Counted from the first letter of the stretch, positions 1 to 11,094 are shown. The stretch: DNA of 64,000 nucleotides from an uncultured delta proteobacterium (GCA_963724765.1 CAVRVY010000003.1:896001-960000); one strand, 5' to 3'. A program made the numbers and translations. The notes: a model not told the origin generated them from the letters alone.

Positions 1-731
1 AGACCGTGTTCCGCTGCGGCCGCGAGTCGGCCCCGCACTCCACTTGGCTGGACAACTCGGTACAAATGCAACGGATGATCGATGCCCTTTAGTAGCTTTG
101 CTCCCTGATCTTCGACAACGAACAGACCAGAGATAAGACGGTGGACAGTTGCAGTTATAAGGACCGTATTTGGTGCGGCGGCATTCTGCACTCGCGATGC
201 CGTATTGGGCACCTCGCCAAATACGTTCGCCCCCTTGCTGTTGGTATCGTCTACGACAACGGAACCAGTGTCTATTCCGATCCGTGCCGCGAGTCTGGGA
301 TAGGACTTGTTCGCAAGCTGTCCATTCAGAGCAGAGACGGCATCCAGGATCGCGAGCCCGGCAAGCACCGCACGTTGCGCATCCTCGTCATGCGCCTGCG
401 GATATCCGAAAAAGGCCAGTAAGCCGTCGCCGAGATATTGCGCGACGTATCCTCCGAACCTCGCTACTGATTCCGTCACGCTTCGGTGATAAAAGGTCAG
501 GACTTCGCGCCAGTCCTCTGGGTCGAGCTTCGCCGCAATCTCGGTCGAGCCGACCAGGTCGCAGAACAGGACCGACAAATGACGCCGCTCGCCCTTGGTC
601 CTCTGTGGGTAAGGGCTTAAAGGAAGTTCCGGCCCGCCTGCGGGCCGCGGTTGGGCATCGAGCTGAACCCCGCATTCCTCACAGTATTTGGCAGTGGTCC
701 GATTGGCAGCCCTGCAGGCGGTGCATAGCAA
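1..731 (-). CDS. Zinc-ribbon + class III adenylate/guanylate cyclase (probably AAA-ATPase/TPR type); runs off the window; apparent frameshift near 85-87
   Basis: Manual translation from TTG at 731: LLCTACRAANRTTAKYCEECG...GERRHLSVLFCDLVGSTEIAAKLDPED...YLGDGLLAFFGYPQAHDEDAQRAV...RIGIDTG...VFGEVPNTASRVQ. After LKG the family-typical IDHPLHLYRVVQPSGVRGRL continues in another frame. Absent from the ORF track because it is open at the edge. Confidence 0.85.
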   Translation of the reverse strand, partial: MLCTACRAANRTTAKYCEECGVQLDAQPRPAGGPELPLSPYPQRTKGERRHLSVLFCDLVGSTEIAAKLDPEDWREVLTFYHRSVTESVARFGGYVAQYLGDGLLAFFGYPQAHDEDAQRAVLAGLAILDAVSALNGQLANKSYPRLAARIGIDTGSVVVDDTNSKGANVFGEVPNTASRVQNAAAPNTVLITATVHRLISGLFVVEDQGAKLLKGIDHPLHLYRVVQPSGVRGRLAAAAEHG

Positions 732-828
732 TAAAAGAGAAGTCGCGCATTCTACGCAGAACTTCGCATTTTCACGGTTCTCGGAACCACAAGCTGAACA
801 ACGCAAAGTAGATGCCCTCTCTGCAACT

Positions 829-1051
829 CAGCCGCTGTGTACCATCTTTGCAGGTTAACGGCTATCGCGAGATGAAGGAGTCTTGCAGATGGACCTAGCA
901 AAATCGCGGGCGGATAGTCTTGCCGTATTCCCCCGATTTAGCGCGGCCGGAGCCGCTCTCCGGGTCCGTGCGCAATCGAAAATCGCGCCCACACGCGCGC
1001 TTTTCGAACGATTATCCGGTAAGTACCAAAACTGACGGACTGGGTGGTGGA
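829..1051. repeat. Copy A of a non-coding module shared with 11914-11956 and 12215-12378
   Basis: 28-bp identity ATGGACCTAGCAAAATCGCGGGCGGATA (889-916 vs 12215-12242), colinear similarity over ~165 bp, and a shared CAGCCGyTGTGTACCAT...TAACGGCTATCGCGAG block. Confidence 0.85.
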
Positions 1052-1223
1052 TGAGGCAGTCTTGGGCGAACCCTTCTCTGGCTATTTTGGCAATTTTGGC
1101 AGAGGAAAACGGCTTCTCGGTGCATACGCAGAACAATGTTTGATAACTTTCGGCGCGCAGATGGGCGCGGTAAGAACGAAGACTGACCGATGCTTCCCGA
1201 CGACGCCCCAGCTTCTTGCGAAA

Positions 1224-1640
1224 CTAGCCCGCATTGCGCGCGACCCAGGCGACGAAGTCGCCCTCGGTTAGGATGCCGACCAAGCGGCCGTCCTTGATTA
1301 CCGGAAGACAACCGATTTTGCGTTCCATCAGCACACGCGCAGCTTCCGCAAGTGGAGTGTCTGGAGTGGTCGTAAGCACGTCGGTGGCCATCACGTCCTT
1401 CACGAACAGTGTGTCCAGCAGTTTGCGTCGGGCGTGCTGCCCATACCCAAGCGCCTGAGCCAGCGCTCCGCGAAAGAGATCGCGCTGGCTCACGATTCCG
1501 ACTACTTCTTTGCCATCATCGTCCAAAACCGGGAGATGCCGGATCCGTCCGAGATTCATCACGTCGTCGGCGAGCGTCAGTTTCTCGTTGCGCTGCAGCG
1601 TGGTCACATCCGGTGTCATCACATCTTTGACTCGTGTCAC
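1224..1640 (-). CDS. CBS domain pair protein
   Basis: VKDVMTPDV...IRHLPV...VGIVSQRD and VKDVMAT...IGCLPV...LVGILTEGD. Confidence 0.92.
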   Translation of the reverse strand: MTRVKDVMTPDVTTLQRNEKLTLADDVMNLGRIRHLPVLDDDGKEVVGIVSQRDLFRGALAQALGYGQHARRKLLDTLFVKDVMATDVLTTTPDTPLAEAARVLMERKIGCLPVIKDGRLVGILTEGDFVAWVARNAG

Positions 1641-1989
1641 TTCTTTCGCCCTCGGCTCCGTGCAGTAGCAGATAATTTCGATTGCGATGTAAGCTTATCG
1701 CGCTTGAGAACGAGATTCGCACTGCCCCGATCATGTTCCGGTCCGCGTCGTGCTCGGAGCGGATGCGTCATTCGCTCCTTCTACCTCTACCGCAGTGAGT
1801 CCGCCTTGGTGATTTAGAGATTCCGGTTTAGCGCGGCCTTGACCTGAACCCACTATAGGTCATATACGCGCCTAGAATAAGAGCAATAGCGAAGTACCAG
1901 TAGAAAAGCTGTTCGAACTGAATCGCCCTGAAGAGCCCGACGACAGTGATTGGAGACAGAAGCAGGAGGAGCAGACCGCACGGATCAGC

Positions 1990-2250
1990 ATCGACCACCT
2001 TACGAACTCGGCCTCCGCGTGTCGCCGCGCACGATCCGGAAATATTTGCCAAAGTTGCTGGCGGCACCACAATCATCCTTGGGGCCCGGCCTGCCCGATC
2101 CGCCCCTGATTTTCTGCATTTGCAACGCCAGAGGCATCGCTTCGACCGATCAAGCCGATTGTGGCGCAGTCCGTCCTCAACGGATTTCACCACGAATATA
2201 GCCTCCTGGCCCGCGCTGCATGAGTGTCGTAGAGTTTTTGCGGACGACAG
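1990..2250 (+). mobile_element. Remnant of an integrase-core (rve) transposase/IS
   Basis: Fragment ELGLRVSPRTIRKYLPK is typical of such transposases; IS-end-like GAGTTTTTGCGGACGACAG near 2232-2250. Confidence 0.45.
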
Positions 2251-2292
2251 TTGAGCTCCAAGTTCTGACCAGCGCCAGCGCAATACGCGATT

Positions 2293-3126
2293 TCAACACT
2301 TTGGCGGTCCATCGCGGATCAAACCACGAACTATTTCGAGAGGGCATTGCGAGAGGCCGAACGTCTCTACCCACCAAGTTGCCCCCGCTGTGGCGTACGC
2401 GGTCACGATTTCGTGGCTTCTTTGCGAGCCTGCGATGCTCCCTAGTTGAACGACGTCGAAGGGCGACTCAGTCGTTCTTAATCGCTTTATGTAGTTGGAC
2501 AGCTCAGCAAGCTGACTGGGAGTAATCGAATGAGCAAAATCACCCGCCACGGGAACGACTCCATCGAAACGAGCGGCTCGCTGCAAGGGAAGTTTTCTTG
2601 GCCACGTTCCAGCTACCCAAATTGGAATTCGAGGAGACTGGAAGGTTCTCGGCATGAATTGCGCCCCATTCACACGGTAGTACTGGCCAACGAATGAAAA
2701 CGTCTCTCCGGTCCATAAGCCGGTAAGTACGGCAAGGCCCTCGTCCAACATCTGCGCTCGGACCCTGTCCTCAAGCGGACCGCCGAAGGTGGTGATTTCT
2801 CCGAAAACATCGCTTCCAGAGCCGACCCCTAAAATGAATCGTCCCTGCGACAAGTGGTCGAGCGTAACGGTCTCCCGTGCGAGCTTCCATGGATTGCGGC
2901 GGAACAGCGGTGTAACAAGTGTTCCGAAACGGATTCGTGTCGTAGTCAACGCGATCGCCGCTAGGACTATCCAAGGATCGGCGGTTGGCGCTGCCTGCTC
3001 AAATTGTAAATGGTCCCAAACGAAGCAACCGTCCCAGCCAGCGTTTTCGGCTTCCCGCGCGAGTTCCGCGAGAAGACGCGGATCGCTATATTGACCGGAT
3101 AACGGAAAATCGATCGCGAACTGCAT
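2293..3126 (-). CDS. LLM-class flavin-dependent oxidoreductase
   Basis: AENAGWDGCFVWDH, DPWIVLAAIA, TLDHLSQGRFILGVG, PRIPIWVAG. Confidence 0.92.
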   Translation of the reverse strand: MQFAIDFPLSGQYSDPRLLAELAREAENAGWDGCFVWDHLQFEQAAPTADPWIVLAAIALTTTRIRFGTLVTPLFRRNPWKLARETVTLDHLSQGRFILGVGSGSDVFGEITTFGGPLEDRVRAQMLDEGLAVLTGLWTGETFSFVGQYYRVNGAQFMPRTFQSPRIPIWVAGTWPRKLPLQRAARFDGVVPVAGDFAHSITPSQLAELSNYIKRLRTTESPFDVVQLGSIAGSQRSHEIVTAYATAGATWWVETFGLSQCPLEIVRGLIRDGPPKC

Positions 3127-3301
3127 TTCGCCCAGATTCCGTCTAACCTATCGTCAGACATCTCCCATAGCGTTTCGCTCGATCCAAACGCAGCTATGTC
3201 CAATTACACATTCAAGCTATACCGCCAGAGCAAGATTATCATAAACGAAGTACCTCACTGCTCTTGGCGATATTTAACTCACAGTCTATTTGCATTATTT
3301 T

Positions 3302-4645
3302 TCAGATCGCAGGCGCTATGTTTTGGTTAACCTTGAAGAAATTGTCGGGATCGAAGGTACCCTTGATCTTCGATAGCCGATGATATTTATCTCCATAGGC
3401 GGCGCGCACTCGATCCTCGCCCTCATTTTCCAGGTCATTCACATATACCGCACCGGTTGATAGAGGTTCGATCGCGCTAAAGAATCTCTCGACCCACGTC
3501 CACGAGCTCTCACGCTCGTTGGCTTTTCGCCAATAGGAATGGATCCAGAATTCAAATCCGGTGCGTCGAAAACCAAATGCATTGTCGTGAGGCTTAGCGC
3601 ACCACGGTCCATGCCAGTACATCATAGTGATACCGCTCGCTTCGTGGGGCGCATTCGAAGCATGATCTGTGATGACATCGATAATACTTTCGGTAATCCT
3701 TTTGAAGTGACCCGCACGCCGATGACTAGAGTACTCGCCCTCTGGCACGTCGTAGCCGCCTCTCTGCTCATCGAGATAGGCTTTCTGTTTTATCGTATCC
3801 TCAAATGGTCGCAAGTAAGTGCGAAGGGGGTGTAGCAATCGTTCCCCTTTTTCCTTTTTGCCCATCCACACGACTTTGACGTCCAGCATCCGCTCGCCGG
3901 GGTGCGGCAGCACAGCTGCAATCAGGAATAACTCGGATGGAATTGTTGGTGCGAAGGCGTTGAGAAAACGCAGGACCTTTTTGGCCTGCCGAATCGGATA
4001 TCTAAGGCTGCCTGACAAAACAGTTTTGATGGGATGTAGCTGGAATTCGAGCAAAGTAGCGATACCGATATTCGCTCCTGCGCCACGCATCGCCCAGAAC
4101 AAATCGGGATTCGTCTTTGCTGTGGCCGTTAAGACCTTCCCATCCGAGGTCACCACTTCGAGACCGACGATGCTATCGCATGCATAGCCGAACTTCGGCG
4201 TGAGGGAACTTTCACCTCCGCCTAGGGAATACCCTGCCACGCCAACGGTCGGACATGAGCCGAGTGGTATTGCCATTTCGAACGACTGCGTAAGACAATC
4301 CAGCTCGCCCGCGAGGATCCCCGGCTCAATAACAATTGTCCCGTAAGCGGGATCGATCCGCACGCGCTTCATAGGCGATAGATCGATGACCATTCCATCA
4401 TCGCATACACCGTGCCCCGCGAAACTGTGGCCACCTGATCGAACCGCGGTGAGCAGAGTTTTTTCACGAGCAAATTCAACAGCTAGTTGGACGTCTTTCC
4501 GGTTAGCACATCTCACAATGATCGCAGGCCGTTTGTTGACCGCGCGATTCTTGACCTGGCGTAGGTGGACGTACTTCCTGTCGCGCGGCAGGACTAGCTC
4601 GCCGGTTAGGGACTTCGCAAAGCTAGTGATGGCGGAAATGGTCAT
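3302..4645 (-). CDS. FAD-binding oxidoreductase, berberine-bridge (BBE)-like
   Basis: RSGGHSFAG covalent-FAD motif, DLFWAMRGAG, C-terminal YVN...KGTFDPDNFFKVNQNI. Confidence 0.92.
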   Translation of the reverse strand: MTISAITSFAKSLTGELVLPRDRKYVHLRQVKNRAVNKRPAIIVRCANRKDVQLAVEFAREKTLLTAVRSGGHSFAGHGVCDDGMVIDLSPMKRVRIDPAYGTIVIEPGILAGELDCLTQSFEMAIPLGSCPTVGVAGYSLGGGESSLTPKFGYACDSIVGLEVVTSDGKVLTATAKTNPDLFWAMRGAGANIGIATLLEFQLHPIKTVLSGSLRYPIRQAKKVLRFLNAFAPTIPSELFLIAAVLPHPGERMLDVKVVWMGKKEKGERLLHPLRTYLRPFEDTIKQKAYLDEQRGGYDVPEGEYSSHRRAGHFKRITESIIDVITDHASNAPHEASGITMMYWHGPWCAKPHDNAFGFRRTGFEFWIHSYWRKANERESSWTWVERFFSAIEPLSTGAVYVNDLENEGEDRVRAAYGDKYHRLSKIKGTFDPDNFFKVNQNIAPAI

Positions 4646-5039
4646 CGAACACCTACTGGCATCGCGCTTCGAGTTTCGGGAAGTCTGCTCATCGACAAGA
4701 GACGCTCATTGCTGAAGAGTTAGCGGCAGGATATCTCCTTCAGCGGTCTGTGCAGTTTTCCTACCCTCTCTCCTCATCTGCTTCTGAATGTCCGATTTTG
4801 TCGCGCACCTTCACAATCGCGTCACGCCGGACGAGTTCCTAACAGCCAAACTAATCGACGCTAACGAGCGACGAGCCTCATTGCGCGCTCGCGTTTCCTC
4901 ACTTAACATCAATCCATCGAGCTAAGCGAGGCGTTCGATGCGAGCTTTGAAAAGAGACGCAAATTTACCGCAGCACGCTCCCGTCTGCGTGCTCGGAGAA
5001 TCATACTGACCGGAGCTGAAAGCGTGGCTGAGGACGACG

Positions 5040-5345
5040 CTAGTTTCGGAGCCGTGCTGTGGGACGCGCCCTGACGTAGAGCCCGACAGCCAGGTACAAA
5101 ATTTCCTGCGCAGACCAATTTCCAAGACTCGTTCTTGAAGAATTCCGGGAGTTTTCGCGCGATGGAATGACGGCAACAGGCTGAATCTGCGGATTTTCGG
5201 TTGTGGGAACTGTCTTCGCCGTCTTGTAGTTCTCGGCTTCTCTCATTCGCAAGAGCGCATAGCTGAACGGCTCATTTGGGATTGTGACGGCACTCTGGTA
5301 AGGATGCGCCCATACTAGAATCGCAAGAATCGTTACTCCCAGCAT
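5040..5345 (-). CDS. Hypothetical secreted/membrane protein, possibly 5'-truncated by the adjacent IS
   Basis: Hydrophobic N-terminus; the reading frame stays open up to the IS boundary. Confidence 0.35.
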   Translation of the reverse strand: MLGVTILAILVWAHPYQSAVTIPNEPFSYALLRMREAENYKTAKTVPTTENPQIQPVAVIPSRENSRNSSRTSLGNWSAQEILYLAVGLYVRARPTARLRN

Positions 5346-5442
5346 GATAGAAAGAAAACGCGCACATCGCCGCCTGCTGGCGTGCGCCCCTAAAACTCAG
5401 CCAATTTTGAGGTAGAGTCCGTCGACTGAAAAGAGACGGGCG

Positions 5443-5709
5443 ATGAAAGGAAGCCGGTTCAGCGAGGAGCAAATCATCGGGGTGTTGCGTGAGCACGAGG
5501 CAGGGGCGAAGACCGAAGAGGTATGCCGGCGCCACGGGATCTCAAGCGCGACACTTTACAAGTGGAAATCGAAGTACGGTGGGCTTGAGGTATCGGAGGC
5601 ACGCCGCCTCAAGGCTCTGGAGGACGAAAACCGGTGCTTAAAGCGGCTGCTGGCCGAATCGATGCTGGACAATGCGGCGCTCAAGGACCTACTCGGAAAA
5701 AACGTCTGA
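5443..5709 (+). CDS. IS3 transposase OrfA (HTH)
   Basis: MKGSRFSEEQIIGVLREHEAG...CRRHGISSATLYKWKSKYGG. Confidence 0.93.
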   Translation: MKGSRFSEEQIIGVLREHEAGAKTEEVCRRHGISSATLYKWKSKYGGLEVSEARRLKALEDENRCLKRLLAESMLDNAALKDLLGKNV

Positions 5710-6444
5710 AGCCTGCGGCGCAAAGACTGGCGGTGAACAAAGTGACGGAGCGCCACGGGCTGGAGTCAGCGACACGCCTGCCGACTGGCAGGGATGGATC
5801 GTTCGACCCGACGCTACCAAGGCAAGCGACCGGACGACTCGGCGCTTCGACAGCGGCTGCGAGAGCTCGCCGCGGAGCGCCGCCGATTCGGGTATCGGCG
5901 CTTAGGCTGGATGCTGCTCGCGAAGGTCATGTGATGAACCACAAGCGCCTCTACCGGCTGTACCGCGAAGAGCGGCTCATGGTGCGCAGGCGCGGCCGGC
6001 GCAAACGAGCGTTGGGAACCCGGGCACCGATACTGTTGCCGCACGCGATCAACCAACGCTGGTCGCTCAACTTCGTGTCCGACACGCTGCGTGATAGGCG
6101 ACGCTTCCGCATCCTGGGTGGTGGACGACTTCAGCCGCGAGTGCCTGGCAACCGTGGTCGATACGTCGCTAGGAGGAGTGCGGGTGGTGCGCGCGAGCTG
6201 GAACGGCTGGCGACCGAGCGCGCGGTGCCCCAAGAGATGATTAGCGATAACGGAACCGAACTCACCACGTGTTGCTCAGTCTCACCGAGGCAGCCAGATC
6301 ATCGAAGCGTGGCGCTACGACTACAATCACCTCCGCCCGCACGGCAGCCTCGGAGCCTTGACCCCAAACGAGTTCGCGGTGCTTAAAGGACAGGAAACAC
6401 AACCGCCCCAGGAGGGCGAAATTAACCGCGGTCTCTACTTATGA
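5700..6444 (+). pseudogene. IS3 transposase OrfB, multiply frameshifted and deleted
   Basis: Pieces RRRFGYRR, NHKRLYRLYREE, NQRWSLNFVSD, VDDFSRECLA, SDNGTELT and WRYDYNH..PHGSL lie in different frames. Confidence 0.85.
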
Positions 6445-6724
6445 ACGGCGGGAAGTTGGGGTGCACGCCACAGCGACTCTAAATCAAACTTAGCAACGCC
6501 AGTTTAGTTGCATGACTTGAGGTGGTAATTCCTGCCGACACCTATCGCCCGAATTACTTTCAAGAGGTTTAGGGTTTCGCCTACTACAAAAAAGCCCAGT
6601 TCCAAAGGATTATCGCACCGCAGGGTCTAAGTTTTGTATCGTAACAGGCGCAATCACTAGATGCGCGACGCGCGTTGTAGCGAAAGCGTTCCGCGACTTC
6701 TTCAGCCGCGGACTATTTTCATCA

Positions 6725-6934
6725 TTAGGAGTTCCTACGCTTCCTACGCTGGTCTCCTGTCATGGGTCTGTCATCTTCTTCGGGCTTGCCTCCTGTCTTA
6801 GCGATTTCGACTTCGTCCTGAGCGATTTCTTGCGCCGGCTGATTGGTCTTGATGGCAACCCGGACCACTCGTCCAGCTTTTTCTTCACGATCATTCGCTT
6901 TCGCGCGGCCGGGAGCTTTCACTCTATTAGTCAT
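6725..6934 (-). CDS. Small basic hypothetical protein
   Basis: 69-aa ORF with AAGGAG SD upstream. Confidence 0.5.
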   Translation of the reverse strand: MTNRVKAPGRAKANDREEKAGRVVRVAIKTNQPAQEIAQDEVEIAKTGGKPEEDDRPMTGDQRRKRRNS

Positions 6935-7035
6935 GTACTAGTACTCCTTCTGCTCGCTAGATTTGCAATCCAGTTCTTAGCGTTGAACCGCTTCGGTACG
7001 TAAACAGATTCTATCGCGAGCCGAAGCAGCTGTAT

Positions 7036-7182
7036 TTACAGACGTCCGCTGAGGAGCATAACGATCAGAACGATTAGGATGATTCCGCCAATCCCAATTC
7101 CTCCATAGGGTCCATACGCATAATAACCACCCCCTCCGCCAAAGAGAAGAAGCAAGATTAGAATCAGTACCAAAGGTGACAT
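7036..7182 (-). CDS. Small Gly-rich membrane protein (DUF3309-like), 48 aa
   Basis: Manual translation MSPLVLILILLLLFGGGGGYYAYGPYGGIGIGGIILIVLIVMLLSGRL; AGGGAG SD; below the ORF-track cutoff. Confidence 0.8.
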   Translation of the reverse strand: MSPLVLILILLLLFGGGGGYYAYGPYGGIGIGGIILIVLIVMLLSGRL

Positions 7183-7481
7183 AACAGTCTCCCTATAAAG
7201 CTCGACAAATTGGAGAAACGTTCTGCATCAAACGCACCGTCTCGGCCTTATACTCTTCCGAGAACCTCCACCGTCTGCCGCCTCGCCCTTGCTCCATTGC
7301 TCACTTCTATCGCCCCTACTTTCGCGCTTTCGGAATGTCCTTCAAACCGGGGGGCATGGCCCTCTACCCGTTCATCCTCTTAACCGCACCGGAATTCAGC
7401 TATGGCGATAGTCTATTTCCTTGTCGCGCAGTATACCGTAGAGCAACCCGAATGCCGGGACGAGACTGCTATGATCGAGAC

Positions 7482-8654
7482 TCACGCTTGTTTCAGTTGT
7501 TCGTGCACGCGAGGCAAGACGCGCTTCCCATAGAATTCGATCACCCGCCTTTGATCGGACTGGCCGGAATGGACGTTTACGATAGTCGCACCGGCGTTGA
7601 ATAGGTCGACCAGCGCTTTTACATGAACATCAGGATCAGTGCTTACTGGCCATTTGCTGTAAATCTGTTGCAGCGGAAGCTCGGAGGCCGCTCGCTTTTC
7701 AATCTCTTGCTGGTCGCGAATGTTAAAGTAACTTCTGAAGGCTTTAGGTAAGAATCGCCATAGTTTGGCCGAAGTCTCCGCATCCTTCTCGTCGCCCACC
7801 ACCACAAACTGCTCTACCAGCACCGGCATTTGCCGAGAGTCTTTGCCTGCAGCTTTCGCGCCGTTCTCGAAGTCCGCCTTGTGCTGCTTCCAAGTATCCG
7901 GATCGGTGATAAGTCCGTCGCCATACTGCCCGGAACGACGCATCGCTTTCGGCCCTACATTCGCCGCCATCAGGAGAGGAATTTGTTCTGCAGGCGGATC
8001 GTATAATTTCGCATTGACGTCGTAATACTTGCCGCGGTGAATCACCTGCTCTCCGGTCCACATCCGGCGTATGACTTCTGATGCTTCAACCAGCCGCTCT
8101 GAGCGTTCGGGCCATTTTGGCCACGATCCTGTCGCTGCTTGCTCATTCAATGCCTCACCCGAGCCGATACCCAGAAATATTCGTCCCGGATAAAGCAAAC
8201 TCAATGAGGCAAAAGCTTCAGCAACAACGGCAGGATTGTAGCGGAGGGTCGGGCAAGTCACCGTCGGTCCAATCCAGACGCGGCGGGTACGTTGGCCGAG
8301 CGCGCTCATAGTAACCCAGGCTTGTCCCGCGTGGCGCTCGTTAGATTGCCAGGGTTGAAGATGATCGCTGGTAGCTAGGAGATCGAACCCAGCCTGCTCA
8401 GCGGCCACTCCTAACTCTACAAGGTCAGTAACGGGAAATTGCTCGTGAGCTAGCATGAAGCCCACCATACTTTTATTTATGGCACAAGTGGTGCCTCGGG
8501 GTCCGGATGAGAGGGACGAACCAGTAGACATATTTGAAGCAAATGCCGGCGTTGTGGACGCGAGCGCTGAGGTACCGGCGATTAGGCCGGCAGCTTTCAG
8601 CAGAGTGCGTCGAGTTGGGTCGCCTAAACTCCTTTCAGTTTTGGACAATTTCAT
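7482..8654 (-). CDS. F420-dependent LLM oxidoreductase (FGD/G6PDH-like) with Tat signal
   Basis: LAHEQF, SDHLQPW, GIGSGEALNE motifs; N-terminal PTRRTLLKAAG...PAFA; likely start ATG 8654. Confidence 0.88.
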   Translation of the reverse strand: MKLSKTERSLGDPTRRTLLKAAGLIAGTSALASTTPAFASNMSTGSSLSSGPRGTTCAINKSMVGFMLAHEQFPVTDLVELGVAAEQAGFDLLATSDHLQPWQSNERHAGQAWVTMSALGQRTRRVWIGPTVTCPTLRYNPAVVAEAFASLSLLYPGRIFLGIGSGEALNEQAATGSWPKWPERSERLVEASEVIRRMWTGEQVIHRGKYYDVNAKLYDPPAEQIPLLMAANVGPKAMRRSGQYGDGLITDPDTWKQHKADFENGAKAAGKDSRQMPVLVEQFVVVGDEKDAETSAKLWRFLPKAFRSYFNIRDQQEIEKRAASELPLQQIYSKWPVSTDPDVHVKALVDLFNAGATIVNVHSGQSDQRRVIEFYGKRVLPRVHEQLKQA

Positions 8655-9453
8655 TTGATCGCCTTTATACGCGCTGCTTACAGATATTTTCTCTGAAGCC
8701 CGATTTAAGGTGCGGGAATTTGCACGAGCTCCTTCGCCTGTGGGGGACTGATCGGTATGAATCGTGGCGAGGGGACGAGGTGGATCGTTGTCACTGTCGG
8801 GTCCAGTGTTCACGTTGAGTGTCACGAGCTGCGCGAGCCTGACCTGGGGTCCACGACCTTGACGTTAAACTCCAGCGCCACGTTGGGGGGCACCAGAATG
8901 TGCTTAGCGACGAGAATCTTGCCGCCGGGCTACCATCCAAGGCGCGATCTTAGCGGCGATAATTACAGTCGCTCCAGGAGGCTATTTTTGGCAGGCGGCG
9001 CGGCGGCAGCCATAATGACGTTCGTAAAGCCAATTTTGTGCCATGGCTACAGCTTTTGATGACCAGGGTTGAACGTTCTTAAATGCTCCAAGGCATGAAA
9101 AAATGCTTGTCCAAGCCCTCTGGTTATCACGCGACATGGAGGGTCTTACAATGACCTCTGTAATCATTCCATCGGCCGTACCTGTCGAACAATCGATATG
9201 TAGCAGCAAATGATGTACGTCTCTTTAACGACGAGAGCCTGAGGTTGCCACTACAAAGGCAACTCTGTTTCCGGGCTCGCACTAAAGACTGCTAAAGCAG
9301 ACAGGTCTGCACGGTGTGAGGCGATTGTTGAAGGCCGCCAGCCCCTGGATTTGACCGTCATAGCCCTCACCCGACGGATCGATCTTCCGCTACTCTGGAG
9401 CGCGCAGGAACAGGCGCTCGGTCTCCGCTAGTCACGCCCGTTAGGATCGAGAT

Positions 9454-9740
9454 CTACGTCCGCTCTGAAGCGATTTTCTGAAGCAACGCGGCGAGAGCCT
9501 CCGGCGCCGTGACATGAGGCGAATGGCTGGCGTCGATCTCGTAGTAGCGCCAGCCAGGCTCGTGCCTGGCGCGTTCGGCAAATTGGCGGAAAGGGTCTCC
9601 GGGCGCGACGCGTGTGCAATAGACGAAGCTGCGCGGCAGGACCAGCTCACCGTTGCGCAGCCGCAGCGGCGTCTCGGCGCACTTGACCGATTGTGGCAGA
9701 CGACGAGGCAGAATCCATTTCAGATCCGCCTCGGAGGTGT
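9454..9740 (-). pseudogene. C-terminal fragment of an alpha/beta hydrolase
   Basis: PRSFVYCT...PFRQFAERAR..PGWRYYEIDASHSPHVTAPEALAALL; no N-terminal nucleophile region. Confidence 0.7.
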
Positions 9741-10365
9741 CCGGCGGGCCACCTCTATCTGAACCTTTCTCTGTGTACCACTTTGCGACCTGCCTGCTAT
9801 CGTGAGCAACCGGTTTAGCCGCGCCGTACAACGGATCATGCAAGGTCACCGGGATTTCGCGGCCCGTGAGCCTCGCATCGCCACGCTGAACACCGCCCGC
9901 GTAAACTCCTCGATGAACATTGTTTCTCCACCGTGCGCTCGATTACCGCCGCGACGTGCGGCATACGCTTTGCGAATAAAGCGTCCCCGCGGAAGTCATC
10001 CCGCTAACCGGGTTAGTTATCAGCCTGTTCTGCGTCTGGACCACCGGCTATGGTCGGTGCGCGGCCCATGAGGAAGCGGCGCGCCCTCTGATGATCAATG
10101 CTTTGGCGCATCGACTCTTTGGAGCGCGCTCCCGGTTCTGAAGCCCGCTATTCGGCGCAAAATCGAGCGGATACCTGGCAACGCCGCAGCACACCAACCG
10201 ATCGCGGCGCAATTTACGCTATTAAATGGAATTTCCTTCGAATAACAGGAACCGCTTTCAACTTCATTCGATAGCTAGCCTAGGCGATCACGTTCGCACC
10301 TTCCAGCGCGGTTCAAGCTTTGATAAGCTGCCGCGGCACGATATCAAGAAGAGACGACGTCGAGG

Positions 10366-11094
10366 TCACATAGCGTTCTGAAGGATTGGGTCAATTGTCA
10401 TAAGTACCGCCTGAAGTGACCGCAGATGTTCTCCGCGCACTACCTGCGCGGCTTTCTTCCCCCAAAATACGATATCTCGTCTATCTCCCTCCGACATGCT
10501 GGTGTACCGCGGGTCAAAAGAATGGATGTCTTTCGCTATATGTGCCGCTATCCCCGCGTTCATGCCTATTGTTGCCGCTTGATCAGCTAGTTTCGTGCCA
10601 CACCACATGATCTGAAAGTACGCAGACCATTGGCGACCGGTAATACCCTCCGCAACCTCACGGAACAATGCCGCCGTCCAGTGTTTGGTACGCAGTTCAA
10701 CGTGTTGCGGGCCAACGGCTTCGATCAAGTCTTTGACAACTACCGATATTGTCTCTCTCGGAAGATCCGCTCTCAAGAGAGCATGAAAGAACAGGTTCTG
10801 AAGAATGAGCTGCGTACAGGGTCCAAGCCGATTGGGATCGGGAAGATATGTGCATTCGCTATCGCTGAGGTCATCGCACAGGTTGCCAGCACAGAAATTG
10901 AAATAACTAGCCACCGACCGTGCCAATATCGTCTCGGGCGGGAGCCCAGCATCTGCGCCCATTTCATAAAGAACCTCAAGTGGTCCCGGTCTTCCTGCTT
11001 CGAGAGCAGCGAGAAGGTCCGCTTGGCTAACCTCGGGCAGAGACTGTCGAGCCAATATGCGCAGCGCCTCTTGAAAGACCGCTCCTCCACTCAT
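10366..11094 (-). CDS. Class I isoprenoid-synthase-fold protein, ComQ-like prenyltransferase
   Basis: FARM-like NLCDDLSDSE, GQxxDL-like GPQHVEL, degenerate second motif GIAAHIAKDIH; short (242 aa). Confidence 0.65.
   Translation of the reverse strand: MSGGAVFQEALRILARQSLPEVSQADLLAALEAGRPGPLEVLYEMGADAGLPPETILARSVASYFNFCAGNLCDDLSDSECTYLPDPNRLGPCTQLILQNLFFHALLRADLPRETISVVVKDLIEAVGPQHVELRTKHWTAALFREVAEGITGRQWSAYFQIMWCGTKLADQAATIGMNAGIAAHIAKDIHSFDPRYTSMSEGDRRDIVFWGKKAAQVVRGEHLRSLQAVLMTIDPILQNAM

Larger units (their letters stand above)
5378..6470 (+). mobile_element. IS3-family (IS407-group-like) insertion sequence, degenerate
   Basis: TG...CA ends with inverted repeats TGGCGTGCGCCCC / GGGGTGCACGCCA; orfA-orfB layout; A6C run at the orfA end; no clear target-site duplication. 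Confidence 0.9.

Noticed and set aside
141-811. Plus-strand ORFs 141-422 and 170-811
   Set aside because: Shadows of the minus-strand cyclase gene
8660-9430. ncRNA in the long intergenic stretch
   Set aside because: Only isolated short hairpins; no convincing ORF or known RNA motif
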